Virus record (IMG/VR): IMGVR_UViG_3300013947_000034
Span: 21,019-85,018 of that record
Strand: one strand, 5' to 3'
Length of the DNA: 64,000 nucleotides
From: a virus
Taxonomy: Duplodnaviria; Caudoviricetes
Translations under genes and position numbers: made by a program
Notes under the pieces: generated by a model
The model's database searches: none
The model's input: the letters and a program-made list of their open reading frames with translations, nothing else
What the model was told of the DNA's origin: nothing
Shown: one piece after another, positions 57,691-64,000 of the stretch
How the letters are laid out: each line of letters opens with the position of its first letter
How positions within the stretch are numbered: position 1 is the stretch's first letter

Positions 57691-57741
57691 ACTCCTAGTA
57701 AGTGTAGAAATACGGCTTATGGTGCGAAACCAACTAGGAGT
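57691..57741 (+). ncRNA. Three-way-junction RNA element in early transcript
   Basis: 9-bp closing stem enclosing GAAA-capped and GCGAA-capped hairpins. Confidence 0.5.
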
Positions 57742-57768
57742 ACTAATATTAATTTAAATTATAAAGTT

Positions 57769-58080
57769 ATGAAGTATAATATATCAAAAGAAAGTTTGCT
57801 TGAATTATTTACTAAAAGATTAGATGTTAGAAAGACATACGATGAATGTTTAGCTAAAATTAGTAATGAATTTTTTGAGCAAAATAATATACCTTTTAAA
57901 GTGGGTGATAGAATTACATTTAGACTTGAAGGTAAATCTATTATCGGTGTTATTAATTATGTAACTATAGCTAATAATATTAATAATATTGAGAAAATAG
58001 AGCCTAAAGTTATTGTAAGTGTAGAAGGTTATATCGGTCTTATTGAAAAAGCTGATATTAGTAAGATAAAGAAAATATAA
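57769..58080 (+). CDS. Helix plus KOW/SH3-like small protein
   Basis: ATG 57769 (MKYNISK); FKVGDRI motif. Confidence 0.65.
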   Translation: MKYNISKESLLELFTKRLDVRKTYDECLAKISNEFFEQNNIPFKVGDRITFRLEGKSIIGVINYVTIANNINNIEKIEPKVIVSVEGYIGLIEKADISKIKKI

Positions 58081-58082
58081 TT

Positions 58083-58400
58083 ATGGATATAAAATTTAAA
58101 CAAATAGCTGTTGATGATATAGCTATTGAGACTAAGGCTGAATATAGAAAACTTAAAGCTGAAATAAACGAACGTATGAAAGAAATTACCAATAATTTCT
58201 TTAAAAATAAAGGTTTTAAGTTTTGTGTTAATGATAAAGTTAACATTACTCTTTCAAATGGAGAAATAAAAACTGGTTATGTTGCTTATATAGGTATAAG
58301 TACAGGGTTTTTAAAGATATTTATTAAAGAAGATATTAATAGTTTCATTCCTAAATATTCTGTAAATCCTTCTCAAATAAATCAAGAGCATAATGAATAA
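58083..58400 (+). CDS. Helix plus KOW/SH3-like small protein
   Basis: FCVNDKV motif after charged helix. Confidence 0.65.
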   Translation: MDIKFKQIAVDDIAIETKAEYRKLKAEINERMKEITNNFFKNKGFKFCVNDKVNITLSNGEIKTGYVAYIGISTGFLKIFIKEDINSFIPKYSVNPSQINQEHNE

Positions 58401-58457
58401 AAAAATCATCTTATTGATGATATAATTAATAGTATTAATAATTAAACTTTTTGTAAA

Positions 58458-58730
58458 ATGGCAAAAAAACATGATGAAAGAAAGTGCTTAATTTCATTAA
58501 GCAAAGTGTGTAGAATTAGTGGAAATCATATTAGTGGTAATCCTGCTAATATTGGTATTCATCGTTGGGGTATGATTGATTATCTTACTAAGTATTGTGG
58601 ATATGTATTTAATACAGATATTCATGCTACAGGTAACCGTATTACATTTACAGACGATAATACTTCTGAAAGTGTTCGTGCTGCTAAGAAAGCCCGTAAA
58701 GAGCATAAATTGACTAATAAGAAGAAGTAA
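58458..58730 (+). CDS. Small basic protein
   Basis: 90 aa, WGMIDYLTKYCGY core. Confidence 0.7.
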   Translation: MAKKHDERKCLISLSKVCRISGNHISGNPANIGIHRWGMIDYLTKYCGYVFNTDIHATGNRITFTDDNTSESVRAAKKARKEHKLTNKKK

Positions 58731-58732
58731 TT

Positions 58733-59227
58733 ATGGCTGTAGATTTTAGTAAACTTAGTCTTAACCTTAATATTAAGGTGACTAATAAAAGACGTGCTCC
58801 AACGAAAGTTGACAAAGTGCTTACTAAACAAGTTGAAGCTAAGTGTATTTATAAAGATGGTGATTTCTTTGCAGAAATACCTTATACTGCTTATTCTAAT
58901 AAATGTAAGAATGGTGTTGCGCTTAGTGAAGTTGGTACTAATAACTTAACTCTTGAGTTTACTCCTGAATCTTATGATTTAGACAATCTAGATAGAGTAT
59001 TTACAAGATATGGTCAAGGTACTAAAAATTATATTTGTTTAGTCCGTAACGAAAGTGATAAAATATTTAAGAAATTAGACCCTGAACGATATGTTCCTTT
59101 TTGTCATAATTGGATTGTTCGTGTACGTATTGTTAGACGTAATGGTATTCGTTATGCTGACTTTAGAGGTCTAATTACTATTAATGGTCATTTATATAAT
59201 GTTAAACATGACGACGAAGATGAATAA
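58733..59227 (+). CDS. Hypothetical protein upstream of helicase
   Basis: 164 aa, tightly packed. Confidence 0.7.
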   Translation: MAVDFSKLSLNLNIKVTNKRRAPTKVDKVLTKQVEAKCIYKDGDFFAEIPYTAYSNKCKNGVALSEVGTNNLTLEFTPESYDLDNLDRVFTRYGQGTKNYICLVRNESDKIFKKLDPERYVPFCHNWIVRVRIVRRNGIRYADFRGLITINGHLYNVKHDDEDE

Positions 59228-59230
59228 ATT

Positions 59231-60724
59231 ATGCACAACGAAGATACTTTAGTATTTGGTAATGGTAAGAATATTAGTACTCAAACAGATAAAGATAGAG
59301 TTAATACTTTTGGTTTTACAGAAGACCAAAAGAAAGCCTATCTCGGTCTTATTGAGTTTATTAATGAACCATTTAATCCTAGTGATTATAGGCGTGCTCT
59401 AGTTGGTCCTGGAGGTGTGGGCAAAACGTTCCTTCTAAAAAGTATTATACAGAATTGTAATGTTCCTTTTTCTAAGATTGGTATAAGTGCTCCAAGTCAT
59501 AAAGCTTGTAGAGTTCTTAGAACTAATCTTATTGGTACTCATACAAATGTAAATACTATTCAATCTGATTTTGGTTTTAGACCTAATTTTGATATTGAAA
59601 AGTTTGATGAACGTAATGTTCAGTTTGCTAAGAGTGGTAGAATTAAGGTTGAAGATTACAGTATTTATATTATTGATGAATCTTCTATGTTGAACAAAAG
59701 TCTTGTTAATTATATTAATAAAACTCTTTCTGCTCAACATTGTAAAGTTATATATGTTGGAGATGACCATCAAATACCTCCTGTAAATGAATACGAATCT
59801 ACTGCTTTCAAAGGTATTAAAACTTATAGATTAACTCAGATTGTAAGACAAGATAATGATAATCCTATAAGAAAACTTTGTGATATGCTTAGATATGATA
59901 TTGAACATTATACTTTTACGTTCCTTGAATATCTATGTAAACATCATGAAGAATATGATGCTACTATGACTAAAGGATTTAAAGTTTGTGGAGCAGCTGA
60001 ATTTCAGAGACAAGTTAATCTTCAATTTAGTGATGAAGCAATTACTCATAATACAGATTATGTCAAAGTTATAGCTTATACTAATAGATGTGTTTCAGAT
60101 TGGAATAAATATATTAGAGAAACTATAATTAAAGATGCTGATAAATCTGTTATTACAACTAATGATTTAATTACTTCTTATATTACTATTGTTGATGATT
60201 TCAATGATGCTATTATAAGAAATAGTGAAGATTATATAGTTAAAAGTATTGCTAATTATACTCATCCTAAGTATGAAATTAAAGGCTTTATGGTTAAATT
60301 TCAAGCAGTTTATGGTGGAGCTGTAACTTCTCCTTTGTTTGTTATTGACCATAGAGATAAATATTCTGTTCAAATGTATTGTAAAATAAGTAAAGACCTT
60401 ATTGAACAAGCACAAAATGCTGACCGTTACAAACGTGCTGCAAAATGGAAAGAATACTTTAAGTTCAAAGAAAGTTGCTTGCTTTTGATTAATCTTGTAC
60501 GTAGTGATGAAACAGTTCTTCATTATCGTAATCTAGATTATGGTTTTAGCGTTACTGCACACAAGGCTCAAGGCAGTACTTATAATGTTAGTATGGTCGA
60601 TATTAATGATATAGTTTATGATAAGAATGGACATCCTTATCAAAACGCTAAAGATATTAATAAACGACTTTATGTTGCAATTTCTAGAGCAAAAGAAAAA
60701 GTAATCATGAAATATGGATATTGA
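59231..60724 (+). CDS. SF1B (Dda/RecD-like) helicase
   Basis: GPGGVGKT, IIDESSM, VGDDHQIPPV, LTQIVRQ, TAHKAQGSTY, YVAISRAK. Confidence 0.9.
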   Translation: MHNEDTLVFGNGKNISTQTDKDRVNTFGFTEDQKKAYLGLIEFINEPFNPSDYRRALVGPGGVGKTFLLKSIIQNCNVPFSKIGISAPSHKACRVLRTNLIGTHTNVNTIQSDFGFRPNFDIEKFDERNVQFAKSGRIKVEDYSIYIIDESSMLNKSLVNYINKTLSAQHCKVIYVGDDHQIPPVNEYESTAFKGIKTYRLTQIVRQDNDNPIRKLCDMLRYDIEHYTFTFLEYLCKHHEEYDATMTKGFKVCGAAEFQRQVNLQFSDEAITHNTDYVKVIAYTNRCVSDWNKYIRETIIKDADKSVITTNDLITSYITIVDDFNDAIIRNSEDYIVKSIANYTHPKYEIKGFMVKFQAVYGGAVTSPLFVIDHRDKYSVQMYCKISKDLIEQAQNADRYKRAAKWKEYFKFKESCLLLINLVRSDETVLHYRNLDYGFSVTAHKAQGSTYNVSMVDINDIVYDKNGHPYQNAKDINKRLYVAISRAKEKVIMKYGY

Positions 60725-61064
60725 TAATAAAACTCTTCTTAATCTCATAAATACTCTAATGCACAAAGAAAAAGAGATTAATGAAATTAAAGATACTATT
60801 GCTCATACTATACTTGACGAAAATGGTGTAAGTATTGGTGATAGAATCCTTTTGAAGCATAAAACTGATGGACGTCAATATTATGCTGAGATAACTGATG
60901 CAACTGTTATTCCAATTGGTGATACAGTACATAAAGTTATCGTTGCTCGACCTGATAATGTGTATGAGAAAGTCAGGTTTTCTCTAGGCGATTATGAGTT
61001 GTGCGGGGTCTTTCCATTGGAGGAAGATAATCCCGACAATCGCATAAATCGACATTTAGTGTGA
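60714..61064 (+). CDS. Helix plus KOW/SH3-like small protein
   Basis: VSIGDRI motif; 3' end overlaps a repeat element. Confidence 0.65.
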   Translation: MDIDNKTLLNLINTLMHKEKEINEIKDTIAHTILDENGVSIGDRILLKHKTDGRQYYAEITDATVIPIGDTVHKVIVARPDNVYEKVRFSLGDYELCGVFPLEEDNPDNRINRHLV

Positions 61065-61102
61065 TTTTAGCCGTTTACACGATAGGCACGATTAATTAAT
61101 CG

Positions 61103-61122
61103 AGCCGCCCCGTAAAAGGCAT
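61103..61122 (-). repeat. 20-bp motif copy 19 (intergenic)
   Basis: ATGCCTTTTACGGGGCGGCT. Confidence 0.85.
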
Positions 61123-61152
61123 GAAACGTAAAATTAAAATATTAAATAAATT

Positions 61153-61557
61153 ATGTGTGACGTAGGTATTCCAAGAACTCTTAGAGAAAGAGTTCAAATT
61201 TATATTAATCAAGCTCATAAAATTAAAGGAGATTATGAGACTAGAATGGCAGCTTTAAAAGAAGATGCTACTAAAGATATTCTTTCTAATTGTCATATTA
61301 AAGTGGGTGATGTTTATATTACTCATAAAAATACTGCTTATGGAGAAAAGAGTATTTATTATAAAGTAGCTAAAGTTGATGCCAATATTGATGGTGTAGT
61401 TATGGTTTATGGTTATAAACGTAAACTAGACCGTATGTGGGGTAAACGTAGTGATAACTTTATGTTTGCTGCTTGTCCTGCTGATGATTATAAAGCAAAT
61501 AATAACTTCAGTAAAATTGAAGGTTATGTAGAGCCTAATGATGGAGTTAAACAATAA
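61153..61557 (+). CDS. Helix plus KOW/SH3-like small protein
   Basis: IKVGDVY motif. Confidence 0.65.
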   Translation: MCDVGIPRTLRERVQIYINQAHKIKGDYETRMAALKEDATKDILSNCHIKVGDVYITHKNTAYGEKSIYYKVAKVDANIDGVVMVYGYKRKLDRMWGKRSDNFMFAACPADDYKANNNFSKIEGYVEPNDGVKQ

Positions 61558-62113
61558 ATGCTCTAATTGTGCCCTAGGATTATTTAATGAAAAATGTAAA
61601 TGTCTTAGTGGTGTTGGCAATCCAATGTCAGGTAAACTAATTGTTGTACCTAATGTTGATTATCGAGCTTATAAGAATAGAGGAATGACTTTTAGCAAAT
61701 ATGTGGAAATAGTAAAAGATATACTCATGTCTTCTACCGGGGGTCTAGAGCAACTAGACGTATTTATAGTTCCTCTTATTCGTTGTAAGCTTACTGATAA
61801 ATGTCCTGTAACAGACGATATTGCTAAGAATTGTATGACTTATACTTTTGATGATATTGTTAATAATGATATACATAAAGTAATGTTACTTGGAAGTGCT
61901 GCTTTCTATGCAGGTTTTCCTAGTAGTAGTATTACTAAAGATAAGTTATTTGTTCTTGGTAATGTTGTTTATAGTACGGCATATTCTCCTTTTGTCAAAT
62001 TTAAAGATGATATTAAATACAAAGAACTTTGTAATCGTCTTATTAAATGGTATGGTGCTGACAAAACTAATAATTATAATGGAATGGAAATAGTAATGCA
62101 GAATGATACATAG
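61538..62113 (+). CDS. Uracil-DNA glycosylase family 4-like protein, degenerate active site
   Basis: C-x2-C and C-x14-C Fe-S-type cysteines, VMLLGSAA; lacks GE(A/G)PG and HP motifs. Confidence 0.65.
   Translation: MMELNNKCSNCALGLFNEKCKCLSGVGNPMSGKLIVVPNVDYRAYKNRGMTFSKYVEIVKDILMSSTGGLEQLDVFIVPLIRCKLTDKCPVTDDIAKNCMTYTFDDIVNNDIHKVMLLGSAAFYAGFPSSSITKDKLFVLGNVVYSTAYSPFVKFKDDIKYKELCNRLIKWYGADKTNNYNGMEIVMQNDT
61727..61746 (+). repeat. 20-bp motif copy 20 (in CDS, MSSTGGL)
   Basis: ATGTCTTCTACCGGGGGTCT. Confidence 0.75.
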
Positions 62114-64000
62114 TTTAGCGCATGATGTAGAATGCTTTCCTAATATGTTTAGTGTTACTTTTGTAGATATGAGAGATTATCTAGAAAAGTTCGCTGATTG
62201 TAAGGGAGCTTTAACTGACACTCTAACAGTTTCTCAAATTAAGGAAAGACTTGATGGTGTAAAGAGTTGGATATTTTATATTTCTGATACAGATGATACT
62301 CAGCTTCTAGAGTTGGTTGATTTTATCGAAAAGATGAGACCTATATCTAAAGAAGATGGTACTGTTGATAGATATGATTTATTTGGCTATAATAATCAAG
62401 CTTATGACGATATGATGATTAAATCTTTCATGATGTATTTTAATCGTTTTGATAATACTAAACAACTTTGTGAATTTCTCAAAGAAGTTAATGATAAGCT
62501 TATTGCTAGTCAAGACGATAGAGATGCTTTATGGAATGACCCTTTGCTTAAAGTCATAAGAAATTATCGTCTTCCTTATGTAACTGTTGATTTGTTTAAG
62601 ATATATGCTTTGAATAGTGCTGGCGTTAATGTTGACAAAGATACTGGCGAACGTAGAAAGTATGGTAAAAGTCTAAAGCAAGTAAGTATTAATCTTAAAT
62701 GGTATAATCTACTAGATTTTACATTACCTCCTATTAATGATGAAGAAGGTGATATTTATAGAAAACAAGATGCTTATCGTGGTATGAGTAACGAACAACT
62801 TAATAGTTTGTTTACTAATGACTTTAATCGTCATGTTCTTCCTAAATATGTAAAGCCTATGCTTCATTATAATAAGAACGATGTATTTCTTGTATGCGAA
62901 ATTGCTAGACAAAAACCTGATGAGATTAAACTAAGATATAGTCTTAGTCATGCTTATAAACTTAATCTTTTATGTAGTGCTCGTAGTAATATAGCTGATA
63001 AACTATTGTATAAGTTTTATAGTGAAAGAAGTGGACTTCAAGTTGATGCTTTTAAGAATCTTCGTACTAATAGAACTGCTCTTAGTTTTAAAAAGATAAT
63101 CTTTTCTCATATTAAGTTTAAAACTCCTGAACTTCAAGCTCTTCTTGAAGATATGAAGAAGGTTGTTATTTATAGAACTAATAAGGATAGTTTTGTTAGA
63201 GATGTTGCTTTTCGTGGTACTAATTATACTATAGCTACAGGTGGTCTTCATTCACAAGATAAACCTGGTGTTCTAAAAAGTTCTCCAAAGTATATTTATA
63301 GACACTATGATATTTCCAGCTTCTACCCGAGTGTAATGGTGTCTTATTCTATTGCTCCAGCTCATCTTAATAAAGCTGTTTTTGTGAAAATGGTTGACTA
63401 TTTTAGACTAACTCGTATTAAGTGTAAACATACTAAAGATGAAGATGGTCAAGTAGTGACTGGTGTTCATAATAAGCTTGCAGCTGAAGCACTTAAAATT
63501 GTCATTAATGCTATATACGGAAAGTTCGGCTTCGATTCGTTCTTCTTATACGATAGATTTGCACAGATGCAAGTGACAATTAACGGACAATTAATGGTAA
63601 TGATGGTAGTAGAAGACCTTGAACTTGCAGGCATACATGTAGTTAGTGCTAATACTGATGGTATAATTGTTAAAGTTCCTACCAATAAAGAAGTTGAATT
63701 TAAAGCTATTACAGACGCTTGGTGTGATTTTAATAAACTAGGTGCTGATAGTGAAGATTATAAGCTTTTTGTTAATAGAGATATTAATAATTATTTTGAT
63801 ATTCAAACTAATGATAAAGTAGAATATAAAGGTGGTCTTGACCCTAAACAATATATTAAAGATTTGAAGAAAGGTTATGATATGCCTATTGTCGCTACTG
63901 CTGTGTTTGAATATTTTGCTCATGGTGTTTCTGTTATGGAAACTCTTCGTAATCATAAAGATATACTTGATTTTTGTAAAACTCAAAATGTTGGTAAACA
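62103..64000 (+). CDS. polB: Family B DNA polymerase (partial, runs off right edge)
   Basis: ATG 62103; Exo motifs HDVE, GYNNQAYD, YNKNDV; Pol motifs YDISSFYPS (63306), KIVINAIYGKFG (63495), NTDG (63651), all in frame. Confidence 0.92.
   Translation, partial: MIHSLAHDVECFPNMFSVTFVDMRDYLEKFADCKGALTDTLTVSQIKERLDGVKSWIFYISDTDDTQLLELVDFIEKMRPISKEDGTVDRYDLFGYNNQAYDDMMIKSFMMYFNRFDNTKQLCEFLKEVNDKLIASQDDRDALWNDPLLKVIRNYRLPYVTVDLFKIYALNSAGVNVDKDTGERRKYGKSLKQVSINLKWYNLLDFTLPPINDEEGDIYRKQDAYRGMSNEQLNSLFTNDFNRHVLPKYVKPMLHYNKNDVFLVCEIARQKPDEIKLRYSLSHAYKLNLLCSARSNIADKLLYKFYSERSGLQVDAFKNLRTNRTALSFKKIIFSHIKFKTPELQALLEDMKKVVIYRTNKDSFVRDVAFRGTNYTIATGGLHSQDKPGVLKSSPKYIYRHYDISSFYPSVMVSYSIAPAHLNKAVFVKMVDYFRLTRIKCKHTKDEDGQVVTGVHNKLAAEALKIVINAIYGKFGFDSFFLYDRFAQMQVTINGQLMVMMVVEDLELAGIHVVSANTDGIIVKVPTNKEVEFKAITDAWCDFNKLGADSEDYKLFVNRDINNYFDIQTNDKVEYKGGLDPKQYIKDLKKGYDMPIVATAVFEYFAHGVSVMETLRNHKDILDFCKTQNVGK

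Noticed and set aside
57691-57741. Hammerhead ribozyme interpretation of the three-way junction
   Set aside because: Lacks the CUGANGA core and junction nucleotides
162-61746. CRISPR array interpretation of the 20-bp motif
   Set aside because: Copies are kilobases apart and in both orientations, with no regular spacers and no cas genes
1-64000. Stop-codon reassignment (TAG to Gln or TGA to Trp) known in some crAss-like phages
   Set aside because: Long genes are intact in the standard code; TAG ends genes at 33110, 53510 and 62113, and TGA ends the gene at 45476 in an ATGA overlap

Overview
The window is about two thirds of a crAss-like phage genome (order Crassvirales, Bacteroidales host inferred), AT-rich and read in the standard genetic code. 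Positions 1-51.6 kb are minus-strand late genes. In transcription order these are: two RepL-like genes, an HNH endonuclease, a PD-(D/E)XK nuclease, endolysin and spanin-like genes, large terminase, portal, scaffold, major capsid, connector/ring proteins, an insulated accessory operon, a head fibre, a 2203-aa tail fibre, muzzle and cargo proteins, and a giant virion protein that runs off the left edge. Coding switches strand at about 51.6-52.6 kb. The plus strand then carries small early genes, an SF1B helicase, a UDG-like protein and a family B DNA polymerase that runs off the right edge. Neither edge gene is in the ORF track. Not explained by the gene map: (1) a GC-rich 20-bp motif, ATACCTTTTACAGGGCGGCT, in 20 dispersed copies in both orientations, half inside genes in three different reading frames and twice as inverted doublets; (2) a second, roughly 90-bp degenerate element centred on TGATAAGTTATTCAC, found between genes and once in frame inside the giant virion gene; (3) an ORF-free structured unit of about 310 nt with its own promoter and terminator at the strand switch; (4) a compact three-way-junction RNA in the early region. 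All protein family calls come from motif recognition and gene order only; no database search was run.
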